Positions 1 to 7,610 of a stretch of 32,000 nt of DNA are shown here, one piece after another (the first letter of the stretch is position 1; each line of letters begins with the position of its first letter). A program made the translations under genes and the position numbers. The stretch covers positions 900,001 to 932,000 of the forward strand of contig NZ_CP006867.1 of NCBI RefSeq assembly GCF_001481685.1. The letters run 5' to 3'. This DNA comes from Ignicoccus islandicus DSM 13165 (lineage in GTDB: Archaea; Thermoproteota; Thermoprotei_A; Sulfolobales; Ignicoccaceae). A model generated the notes under the pieces. It searched no databases. It was given only the letters and a program-made list of their open reading frames with translations, and was not told the DNA's origin.

Positions 1-53
1 AAGCTGGAGTAGAAATCCCCATAATCATCGAAGTTCCCATGATCGCTTATTAA
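1..53 (+). CDS. Possible C-terminal tail of an upstream CDS, partial (frame 3: ...AGVEIPIIIEVPMIAY*)
   Basis: Frame starting at base 3 is open to TAA at 51-53 and gives a protein-like peptide; too short to identify. Confidence 0.3.
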   Translation, partial: AGVEIPIIIEVPMIAY

Positions 54-324
54 CCCCTCTAAGCTCCTTCTCATTGTAAAGATCGATCTTGAAAGGACCT
101 TGTACTGATGGTCTGAGCTCAAGAGTGGTAAATTGCCTTTGTTTTTGCAAATACGATGTTGAATGATTGGGTTTAAATTGAATTGAGCATTAGGAAGTCT
201 GGTAGAAACTGAAGGTGCTTAAAGAGACCATTAATTCTTTTCGTAAATGATTAAGGTTGAAGGAATGAGGGAATTAATTGTAAGTAAATGGAAAAACGAA
301 TTTGGACAGGAGGCGGAGATGAAG

Positions 325-371
325 ATTCACCATGGGATGGTGAATAGAGTTTTCACCATCCAATGGTGAAA
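325..371. promoter_or_regulatory. Tandem pair of palindromes, candidate operator of the cas adaptation operon or CRISPR leader element
   Basis: ATTCACCAT-GGG-ATGGTGAAT (325-345) and TTTCACCAT-CCA-ATGGTGAAA (351-371); shared core TTCACCAT-N3-ATGGTGAA, centres 26 bp apart, in AT-rich DNA upstream of csa1. Confidence 0.6.
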
Positions 372-460
372 TCGTTTGTTCAATCATTTGCATCATTTAG
401 TGTATCGATTTTCCAATTCAGATTAATTAGAATAATCATTTACTAAAACTTGATAATTAA

Positions 461-468
461 GTATATAT
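461..468 (+). promoter_or_regulatory. Candidate TATA box for the cas operon (gtatatat)
   Basis: AT-rich TATA-like octamer about 90 nt upstream of the GTG start of csa1. Confidence 0.35.
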
Positions 469-554
469 CTTAAAGATCCTTATTGAACCTATTCTATTCT
501 CATCTCTATTAATTAGTACGATCTAGAGTAATACCCTATGGTGATGCTTCTCTC

Positions 555-1268
555 GTGCTTCCGCGCTCCGTGTGGGACGAGTTACGGGCCTCCGCCGGAG
601 AGGCGATGGTGACTGTTAGAGGCTGGGATTGGTCGCTCTTGCAAAATAGGGCGCCCGTTAAACCTACAGTTAGCGAAGTTACTTCGCCGTGTCCAACTAA
701 GAGAGATAGTTACCTTAGGAGAGTATTGGGAGCGAGGCCATCGTCACCCTTACTGGAGAAAGGAAAGATGGTTCACGAGGCATTTATGTCTCCATTTAGA
801 GGCGAGGAAAGGGAGTTCAAGGAGGAACTCCTCAAGAAGGTTCACGAAGAAGCGAAGCTCAGGAAGGCCATAGCGGACGAAGAGGGAATACCTTACAAGG
901 TCGAATCGAAATTACCAGGATCCGTAATAGGACTCTCAACTATAGTTAAACCTGACTTCCTAGTAGGCTTCATGCCGGTCGAACTAGTGTACGGATGGAA
1001 TGGTAACGTAGAGAGGAAGAAGTTGGCTTTGGCAGCTTATGCATTAGTGATAGAGGCTTGGACTGGACTCCCAATCGATGCTGGCGTTGTAATCAACGTT
1101 AACGATCAAGGGATCAAGTACGTACTCGTTAGGATAGGTGACTACTACAGAAGGAAGTTCTTAGAAGAGAGGGACTACTTAGCATCGATACTTTCAAGGA
1201 AAGAAGATCCCGGAAGGGCCGAGAGCTGTCCCAATTACTGCCCCTTTGCAGAGGTGTGTAAGCAATGA
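555..1268 (+). CDS. csa1: CRISPR-associated protein Csa1 (Cas4-family, type I-A)
   Basis: Cys motifs SPCPTKRDSYLR and SCPNYCPFAEVC, and the syntenic position before cas1. GTG start with GGTGAT Shine-Dalgarno-like sequence. Confidence 0.85.
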   Translation: MLPRSVWDELRASAGEAMVTVRGWDWSLLQNRAPVKPTVSEVTSPCPTKRDSYLRRVLGARPSSPLLEKGKMVHEAFMSPFRGEEREFKEELLKKVHEEAKLRKAIADEEGIPYKVESKLPGSVIGLSTIVKPDFLVGFMPVELVYGWNGNVERKKLALAAYALVIEAWTGLPIDAGVVINVNDQGIKYVLVRIGDYYRRKFLEERDYLASILSRKEDPGRAESCPNYCPFAEVCKQ

Positions 1269-2173
1269 ACTTGTTGGTGTTATCCGAACCTGGGAAAGTT
1301 GTAAGGAAGGACGGAGGCATAGCCTTCGTAGGATTGGACGGGAAAGTAGAATACCTTGGAAACAACTACGACGTTATAGTGATCGCGAGCTCTAAGATAT
1401 CCGTTACCTCGGCCGCCATGCGAATTATAGGCAAATGGAACGTAGACTTAATGGTTTTAGATTGGAACGGCGAACCAGTGCTTAGGTCTTCGTCTCCCAT
1501 ACCCAATAAGAGCGCTATGACGAGGCTCAAGCAATACGAAGTTATATTAAAAGGGAACGGCTTGAAATACGCTAAACCGATAATAAAGAGGAAGATAGTT
1601 GAACAAGGCAGGACCCTCAGATACGTAGCTAAGAGTAAGAGGTCCAAGTGGTTGATCGATGAGAGTTACATCCTAGAGAAGTACGTTACTGACGTGGATA
1701 AGGCTAGGGATGCTGAAGAGCTAAGGTCCCTTGAAGCTCTAGCTGCGAGGCTCTATTGGAGCCTGTTGGCTCAAGTAATAGAAGGATTCGAGGGGAGGGA
1801 TCACGAAGGTAGGGATGCAATTAACGCGTCCCTGAACTACCTCTACGGGATTCTATATTCGAAGTGCTTCAAAGCCTTAACTATAACCGGTCTAGATCCA
1901 TACGCCGGCTTATTTCACGCAATAAAGAGCGGTAACAAGTCTTTGGTATACGACTTCAGCGAACAGTTCAAACCAGTCTATGATAAGAGGCTGTTCGGTA
2001 AGCTGCGGGAACTCAAACCGAAGTTCGAGGGAGGCACGCTAGCGTATGAGACTAGGAAGAAGATAGGCGAGATCGTCAATGAGTACATGGACAACGAGAT
2101 ACTCACGGAGGCGTGGAACTTGGTAACCTCCATCAGGAACGCCCAACCCTACGTACCGGGGTGGAGAGCTTGA
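1265..2173 (+). CDS. cas1: CRISPR-associated endonuclease Cas1
   Basis: Cas1 motifs LEALAARLYW (catalytic E), GLDPYAGLFH and SLVYDFSEQFKPVYD; overlaps csa1 and cas2. Confidence 0.95.
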   Translation: MNLLVLSEPGKVVRKDGGIAFVGLDGKVEYLGNNYDVIVIASSKISVTSAAMRIIGKWNVDLMVLDWNGEPVLRSSSPIPNKSAMTRLKQYEVILKGNGLKYAKPIIKRKIVEQGRTLRYVAKSKRSKWLIDESYILEKYVTDVDKARDAEELRSLEALAARLYWSLLAQVIEGFEGRDHEGRDAINASLNYLYGILYSKCFKALTITGLDPYAGLFHAIKSGNKSLVYDFSEQFKPVYDKRLFGKLRELKPKFEGGTLAYETRKKIGEIVNEYMDNEILTEAWNLVTSIRNAQPYVPGWRA

Positions 2174-2421
2174 TGGTTCTAGTGGCGTACGATATAAGGA
2201 ACGATTCCTTTAGAACTAAGGCCATGAAGAGGTTACTGGCCATGGGCTTTCAAAGGCTTCAGAAGAGCGTCTACTTCAAGAAGGGAGGAAGAGGCGATGC
2301 TCTAGACGCGTTTAGAGCGATAAAGAAATACGTAAAGGATGAAACCGACAAGATCTTCGTAGTAACGTTATCTGATAAGGAATTTAGGGAGGCGCTCGTG
2401 CTTGAAGGCGTGGTTGGTTAA
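2173..2421 (+). CDS. cas2: CRISPR-associated endoribonuclease Cas2
   Basis: MVLVAYDIRNDSFRTKAMKRLLAMGFQRLQKSVYF is a classic Cas2 N-terminus. ORF track extends to 2113, but ATG at 2173 overlaps the cas1 stop (TGATG) and matches family length. Confidence 0.93.
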   Translation: MVLVAYDIRNDSFRTKAMKRLLAMGFQRLQKSVYFKKGGRGDALDAFRAIKKYVKDETDKIFVVTLSDKEFREALVLEGVVG

Positions 2422-2923
2422 GGCTTACCTATTGTGTCCAGCCTTCGCTTACTTCAAGTTCCACTACCCCGAAGCGCCAACCCCTTCTATGGAGGAGGGA
2501 TCCGAGATAGATCTAGCAGAGATAGTGGAGAGGAACCTGAGAACCGAGTGCCCCGTAAAGTACGAAGTTCCTCTAAATGCGAACGGTCGAAAGGGTATAG
2601 TTGATGCTCTCATAGAATGTAGCGATTCCATTGAGGTAGTTGAAGTGAAGCTTAAGCAACAACCGGGCAACTCCCACTTCGCCCAAGCGCTTTTCTATTG
2701 CATATTAGCTGAGGAAACGTTAGGAAAGAAATGCGAGAAGGTCTTTCTATGTTATCCGGAGAAGTGTTACGAAAGGAAGGTTACCGAAGCCTCGAAGGAG
2801 TACTTAATGCAAATTATCAGTACAATGGAAAAGGACTTGGAAACGCTGCCTAGAGTTAAGAGCAAGGCTTACTGTAAGTATTGCAAGTACTCTAGGTTAT
2901 GTCCTTGGTCTCCAAGGAACTGA
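2402..2923 (+). CDS. cas4: CRISPR-associated exonuclease Cas4
   Basis: RecB-like nuclease with Fe-S cysteines (LLCPAF ... YCKYCKYSRLCPW), VDALIE and VVEVKLKQQ nuclease motifs; last gene of the cas1-cas2-cas4 run. Confidence 0.9.
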   Translation: MKAWLVKAYLLCPAFAYFKFHYPEAPTPSMEEGSEIDLAEIVERNLRTECPVKYEVPLNANGRKGIVDALIECSDSIEVVEVKLKQQPGNSHFAQALFYCILAEETLGKKCEKVFLCYPEKCYERKVTEASKEYLMQIISTMEKDLETLPRVKSKAYCKYCKYSRLCPWSPRN

Positions 2924-3487
2924 TGAGGCTTTATATTGTCCTTTCTTCACCTTGATAAGTAGACCTTGGTCTACGAGCTTATTTAGAACCTTCCACGAAG
3001 TTTTCCTACCTAGCCCGTATTCCTCTAAATCTTGAGGACTCACGGAACCCTTAGTTAAAGCCAAGGCTAGCGCTATTGCCTCCTCCCTCTTCAATGGTTG
3101 AATGGGAAACTTTATATCCATGCACTTACCCAAGGCCTCGTTAAGCACCTTCACGTAGCATGGTATTGACGAAACAAAGCACGCAAGTATTAACATTAAG
3201 CTCAAGCTCCTCATACCGGAACCGAAACATATCACGTCGTTTTCAGACAATTTCAATATTACCTCAAATATTCCATTGTAATCGCAAGGGTTTAACCTTA
3301 CGATTTCGAACGAAATGTTCTTCTCCTTGAGGTACTCTTCGAAGCTCTTGAGAGCCTCTTCTGACCTAGGGTTAGGCGTATCGGGAACGTAAATTACTAC
3401 CTCTCCAACGTTATCGAGCTGCGAAACGCAAGAGACCGGGAAAGTTATATCGAAGCCGAGAACGACGTGAACCCTCAATAAGGGCAC
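2897..3487 (-). CDS. csa3: CRISPR locus transcriptional regulator Csa3 (CARF domain plus winged HTH)
   Basis: CARF-like motif CFGSGMRSLSLML, C-terminal HTH (SPQDLEEYGLGRKTSWKVLNKLVDQGLLIKVKKGQY), adjacent and convergent to cas4. Confidence 0.82.
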   Translation of the reverse strand: MPLLRVHVVLGFDITFPVSCVSQLDNVGEVVIYVPDTPNPRSEEALKSFEEYLKEKNISFEIVRLNPCDYNGIFEVILKLSENDVICFGSGMRSLSLMLILACFVSSIPCYVKVLNEALGKCMDIKFPIQPLKREEAIALALALTKGSVSPQDLEEYGLGRKTSWKVLNKLVDQGLLIKVKKGQYKASSVPWRPRT

Positions 3488-3605
3488 CTTTCAAATATAG
3501 AGCGGGTAGCGATCGTCCATAAGCTCTTCGCGCCCCTATTCGGCTGCAATTAAAGCGAAGCGTAGATTTAAACTTCCCCAATAAATCGCCTTGGGGTGAG
3601 TTGAA

Positions 3606-3923
3606 GTGGTAAAGGCCCCAAGGGGTTGGAGGCATAGGACTCGACACGTATTTAAGAAGAGGATAAGGGAGAAAGGCGGCGTACCTCCCCTCAGCTTACT
3701 AATGATTGAGTACAAGGAGGGCGATAAAGTAGTAATAAAGGCGAATCCAGCGATATGGGCCGGTATGCCTCATAGGAGGTTCCACGGAAAAGTTGGAGAG
3801 GTCGTAGGAAAGAGGGGCAGGTCCTACATCGTAAAGGTAAGGGATGGAAACGTATACAAGACCTTGATCGTGAGGCCCGAACACCTAAGGCCCTTTAAAC
3901 AGGGACAGGAGGCTTCATCTTAG
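3606..3923 (+). CDS. rpl21e: 50S ribosomal protein L21e
   Basis: MVKAPRGWRHRTRHVFKKRIREKGGVPPLS...WAGMPHRRFHGKVGEVVGKRGRSYIVKV; GTG start with GGTGAG SD. Confidence 0.95.
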   Translation: MVKAPRGWRHRTRHVFKKRIREKGGVPPLSLLMIEYKEGDKVVIKANPAIWAGMPHRRFHGKVGEVVGKRGRSYIVKVRDGNVYKTLIVRPEHLRPFKQGQEASS

Positions 3924-4968
3924 CTGCTTTAGCCATTCGCAGCATCCATTTCTCTAATATTTCCTTCGCTATCGGGGCCAGCCTGCCCGGTATAACTACC
4001 TTGTTGAGAACGCTTATCCCATCGGTCGGACCGAGAGTAATGAAGCAGAACGGCCTTTCGGAAGTTAGGAAGGGTACGTAAGGATCCCTCTTCTTACCAA
4101 TGGCGTGAAGCACTGCATACCAACCTTGCCTCATGGCTTCCTCCGCCATCTTGAGAGCCTTGGAATTAGCTGCATCGCCGGCAACGTAGGTCCTCTTGCA
4201 ACCCTTGGCGCGTTGGAACTCATCTACGACGAAGAAGTCCCTCTTCGCCCTTTCGGCGCAGTTTACCTTTACTTTCGGTCCCTTCACTCCGGCAGCCCAG
4301 ATAACCAAGTCAGCTTCTATTTCGTTCCCGGAAGATGTAATTACCTTTCCGTTCTTAACCTCCGACACCAACGAGTTCAAGTGAACCTCTATTCCATATT
4401 TCCGAAGTTTATTCATTATTACCGGTTTTATTTTCTCACAAGGTAGAGTTGGGGAAATCACGGGCGCTGCTTCAATGGCCTTCAACCGATAGGAGGCCTT
4501 ACCGCTCGCGTTCATCCAACGGAGTTCCCCTAGCGTCTCCAAGCCAACTAGGCCCGTCCCGACTACGGCAATGGTAGCGTCGTTCCCCAACTCGTCTAAC
4601 TTCCTCTTAACTTCAACTGCGTGATTAATTCTATATAAAGGATATACGCCCTCCACTGGAACCCAAGGTTCGGAACCTGGAGCAAGCACTGCGAAATCCC
4701 CCTCGTACTCCCTTCCATTCTCTGTGACAACTTTCACTCCGTTCTCGGTTTCCTCGACCTCTGTTACCAAGTCCTCTACGAACTCCCACCTGAAGTTGGG
4801 CTCAACCGTTAGATCCTCCGCTCTCTTTCTACCGCTGAGTATCTTTGTTAATGAGGGTAGGTACTCGAACTTCCTTGGACCTATTTGGATTACTTCCAAA
4901 CCGTTGACTTCGGCTGCCCTAGAAGCAGAAAGCGCTCCGAAACCGTTGCCTACAACTATAACCCTCAA
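3895..4968 (-). CDS. NAD(P)/FAD-dependent oxidoreductase (pyridine nucleotide-disulfide / NDH-2-like)
   Basis: N-terminal VIVVGNGFGALSA dinucleotide fold, second Rossmann fold AVVGTGLVGLE, ADLVIWAAG and TYVAGDAA motifs. Confidence 0.85.
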   Translation of the reverse strand: MRVIVVGNGFGALSASRAAEVNGLEVIQIGPRKFEYLPSLTKILSGRKRAEDLTVEPNFRWEFVEDLVTEVEETENGVKVVTENGREYEGDFAVLAPGSEPWVPVEGVYPLYRINHAVEVKRKLDELGNDATIAVVGTGLVGLETLGELRWMNASGKASYRLKAIEAAPVISPTLPCEKIKPVIMNKLRKYGIEVHLNSLVSEVKNGKVITSSGNEIEADLVIWAAGVKGPKVKVNCAERAKRDFFVVDEFQRAKGCKRTYVAGDAANSKALKMAEEAMRQGWYAVLHAIGKKRDPYVPFLTSERPFCFITLGPTDGISVLNKVVIPGRLAPIAKEILEKWMLRMAKAAKMKPPVPV

Positions 4969-5000
4969 TTCAAATTACCAGTCACGGCTCAGTTCGAAGG

Positions 5001-5432
5001 TTATTTCCATTTAACGCTTACTAGGATTCCCCTCTTAGCCTTCAGTCGAGCGCCTATCCTCACTACAGCCTTCCCTACGCAGAAGGCATCGTCTCCTTCA
5101 GGCACCTCAATTAAGCAACCTTTCTTGAGGGCCGGGCAATAACACAACTCGTTCCCAATTAGGACCTGATTAACGTACGCGAACACTCTGCCTTTAAGTA
5201 CCTCTTCAGCTTCCCTTGGGGTCAGGTTAGTGGTACATATAGACAGTCCCTTAAGCAACTTAACGCACCATACCGTTTGATCGAAGTACATTAGAACGTC
5301 CATGACCTCCTCGCTGGCCCGGAACTCCTTTCCGGGTTTCGAAGTAACTATTGCAATAGATCTCGGCAACCTCCCCTTAAGCAAATTACCACCGCCTCTT
5401 CTATTGCTCGAGTTGGATCTATTTGTAGCCAC
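5001..5432 (-). CDS. THUMP-like domain protein, conserved hypothetical
   Basis: RSIAIVTSKPGKEFRASEEVMDVLMYF...GLSICTTNLTPREAEEVLKG resembles the archaeal THUMP/Tan1-like fold (recognition only). Internal TTG at 5369 is an alternative start. Confidence 0.6.
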   Translation of the reverse strand: MATNRSNSSNRRGGGNLLKGRLPRSIAIVTSKPGKEFRASEEVMDVLMYFDQTVWCVKLLKGLSICTTNLTPREAEEVLKGRVFAYVNQVLIGNELCYCPALKKGCLIEVPEGDDAFCVGKAVVRIGARLKAKRGILVSVKWK

Positions 5433-6370
5433 TCCTTAACGACCTCGTCTTCGAACGCCCCTCTTAGAACTGCTTTCGTTAGCTCGTCTAGTTTTCGCTG
5501 AACCATTAGAGCCCTCTCCCTTACTTCATCGCTTAGATAGGGCAATACATCGTCCAACTTGTTCATTAAAATTATTCTCGCTAATCCCTCGTACCCCAAG
5601 TTTATCAACTTCATTAGCTTGACGTAGTTAGTTGACTTAATCTTGAACATTTTCGGCTTCACTTTACCTATTTCGTACCAAAGGACGGCTCCCTCGACAT
5701 TAATTCTCTCTATAGTATCTTTCAGTTCGTCTAGATCGGATACGCGGAACTCCCTAGGTCCCTCGAGGGGATAGAGCGCTAAGGTCTTCATATCCCTCCT
5801 GGCTAAAGGGACCAATTTCCATTCCATATCCCTTCGCAGATGTTCCTCTTCCCCCATCCAAGCGCTCCCAGAACCGGGGCCTATAAGTTCGTATACATAC
5901 GTATACCCCTTTAGGTCCGTTTCAGATAGCATCTCCTTAGCAACCCTAGCGAAAGGCGAATCGATCCAAAGCCTCTTCCTAGTTGCCGCGAAAACCTCGC
6001 CTTCGTATTCGAAGGCCGATATCATCGTTCCGTCCAGCTTCTCGAAGACTTTGAGGGGCTTTCCGGAAGGCCTCTCGTACTCACCTACGTTGTAGAATTT
6101 GTGGAACGGATAGGCAATCAGTCTCGGGCCTTCCTTGCTCCACTCTATAACTGTTCCCCGAGCGTCAACTAGTAAGGGTATGGGTGGGGGAGGTCTTCTA
6201 TATGAATATACGCAGAGCCTCTTTCCGTTTACTTCGTAGCACCTTACGCTCAGGGAGGATATGAGTTTCCTTACTTGCAGTTCGTCCCCTTGAGCGCCTA
6301 GAACTTCCTCGTAGTTCGGTTCCTCACCAAGCCATAGGGCTAATAGAGCCTCGTAAAGCGCGTTGCTCAT
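5348..6370 (-). CDS. ATP-dependent RNA ligase, T4 Rnl1-like
   Basis: Nucleotidyltransferase motifs: EKLDGTM (motif I KxDG), YTYVYELIGP, VEGAVLWY, PKMFKIKST (motif V), plus upstream ARGTVIE...PFHKFYNVGE typical of T4 Rnl1-like ligases. Confidence 0.8.
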   Translation of the reverse strand: MSNALYEALLALWLGEEPNYEEVLGAQGDELQVRKLISSLSVRCYEVNGKRLCVYSYRRPPPPIPLLVDARGTVIEWSKEGPRLIAYPFHKFYNVGEYERPSGKPLKVFEKLDGTMISAFEYEGEVFAATRKRLWIDSPFARVAKEMLSETDLKGYTYVYELIGPGSGSAWMGEEEHLRRDMEWKLVPLARRDMKTLALYPLEGPREFRVSDLDELKDTIERINVEGAVLWYEIGKVKPKMFKIKSTNYVKLMKLINLGYEGLARIILMNKLDDVLPYLSDEVRERALMVQRKLDELTKAVLRGAFEDEVVKEWLQIDPTRAIEEAVVICLRGGCRDLLQ

Positions 6371-6445
6371 TGTCCTTTTGCCTAATCTTTCGGCGGAGTT
6401 AAAAGATATAGCAGAACGAAACGCAAAAACTCGTAGTAACGCGAT

Positions 6446-6916
6446 CTAAGTGCTGCAATCGAGGCAAATATTCGTTACTCCAACGAACCTTACTTCTAGG
6501 TCTCTGAGAGGTTTGCTTGTAAAGATACAAACCAGTGATCTGCCTTGTGGAAGGAGCTTTCTCTCTTGGTATAACCTCACCAAGCTCCCATCCAGCTTGG
6601 AGTTAAGCCTCACGCCTTCCACGTTACCGGCAGAGCTACTGTATACTATTGTTACTATTACGTACTTGTCGTTTGAATTGCCGAAAGTTATCAGCTCATT
6701 ATTATCGACGACCTTCGTTGATCGTAGAGACTCCAGTATTTCGTTGCAAGTAGCTATAGGGTCATTAGAATACATCAAGTTCGTAGATAGTTCGGCTACT
6801 ACTGAGGGCGCGGAGGCCTTCACTTCCGGCCTCAACGACGCAGCCAGTATTGCGATTGCAATCGAAACTATGCCCATTAACACGAGAGTTTCCAAAGTTC
6901 CTAAGCCCCTACGCAT
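6446..6916 (-). CDS. Type IV pilin-like protein (class III signal peptide)
   Basis: MRRG|LGTLETLVLMGIVSIAIAILAASL with Glu at +5 after the predicted prepilin cleavage. ATG at 6916 with GGTGAG SD preferred over the longer 6931 start. Confidence 0.65.
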   Translation of the reverse strand: MRRGLGTLETLVLMGIVSIAIAILAASLRPEVKASAPSVVAELSTNLMYSNDPIATCNEILESLRSTKVVDNNELITFGNSNDKYVIVTIVYSSSAGNVEGVRLNSKLDGSLVRLYQERKLLPQGRSLVCIFTSKPLRDLEVRFVGVTNICLDCST

Positions 6917-7497
6917 GATCTCACCGCCCACGCGGAAACTTCGCTTCCCGATGAGTCCTCGAATTGAACGTTATCCACGTAACACAAGGCTATCTTCTCC
7001 AAACCCGTGGGAAGCTTCACGTGAAAGTACGCGAAACCCGTGAAGGTGGGATTGGAGCAACTCGCCTTAGGTATTAAGGTCGAAACTGATGGGATGAATA
7101 CGAACACTTTGGCGTCGTTTATAATGGTTGGTTTAAAGGTTCCGGGAACTACGTAGAACAGCGGTTTCCCGTTACATTCGAGCTCTATAGTAGCGTACCC
7201 AGTGAACTCTATTCTAGGTAAGTTAGAGTAACAATAGGTTGCGTAAGATAGCGAAGTGCCGTTATTTAGGTCGTATACCTTTAAGTTGTTTGGATCGAAA
7301 GCGAAGAGATAGTTCCCTAGGCAATCGAGCGTGTACGAGCTCGCTTTTCTAACCATTTCAGCTACGTCCAATTGAGACCTAGATGAAGCCGTTTGCTTGT
7401 TCCAAGTAACTATTATCCCGGTCGCTAGACCAATTACTACCGCTGCCAGTAACGCTACGGCCAAGAGTTCCGAGGAACCTTTTTTCACTCTCACCAT
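6901..7497 (-). CDS. Archaeal pilin/archaellin-like protein with class III-like signal peptide
   Basis: MVRVKKG|SSELLAVALLAAVVIGLATGIIVTWNKQ, followed by a Cys-containing extracellular-type domain. Confidence 0.65.
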   Translation of the reverse strand: MVRVKKGSSELLAVALLAAVVIGLATGIIVTWNKQTASSRSQLDVAEMVRKASSYTLDCLGNYLFAFDPNNLKVYDLNNGTSLSYATYCYSNLPRIEFTGYATIELECNGKPLFYVVPGTFKPTIINDAKVFVFIPSVSTLIPKASCSNPTFTGFAYFHVKLPTGLEKIALCYVDNVQFEDSSGSEVSAWAVRSCVGA

Positions 7498-7534
7498 CCA
7501 TCAAAGCATTGCGTTACAAACGGTTTATTGATGT

Positions 7535-7558
7535 CGTTCGCGTTCTGAAACGCGAACG
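7535..7558. promoter_or_regulatory. Perfect 10-bp-arm palindrome in the divergent pilin/surface-protein intergenic region
   Basis: CGTTCGCGTT-CTGA-AACGCGAACG, just upstream of a TATA-like ttatattt for the + strand gene. Confidence 0.6.
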
Positions 7559-7610
7559 TCCGGCCTCACCTTATATTTCATTTCTTCGTTCACATCGATG
7601 GCGTTTAATA

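Noticed and set aside
1-554. Possible CRISPR array
   Set aside because: I looked for recurring 24-37-bp units with regular spacing and found none; the only repeated element is the 17-19-bp palindrome pair.
1129-1647. Minus-strand ORFs of 78 and 93 aa inside csa1/cas1
   Set aside because: Opposite to well-supported cas genes and without recognisable motifs.
3576-3596. CCCCAA-TAAATCGCC-TTGGGG inverted repeat before rpl21e
   Set aside because: Short arms and a 9-nt loop in a promoter/SD region (GGGGTGAG is a ribosome-binding site); probably coincidental.
3411-3923. Minus-strand ORFs of 78 and 61 aa (3411..3647 and 3699..3884)
   Set aside because: The first straddles the csa3 start and the rpl21e start; the second is antisense to rpl21e. 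Neither resembles a protein family.
6450-7043. 197-aa ORF on the + strand
   Set aside because: Covers two minus-strand pilin-like genes with matching hydrophobic leaders; the translation has no domain signature.
7509-7610. N-terminal 34-residue extension of the giant surface protein in the ORF track
   Set aside because: It begins at a TTG, reads through the perfect palindrome and the TATA-like element, and places the pilin-type signal internally. ATG 7611 is more plausible.
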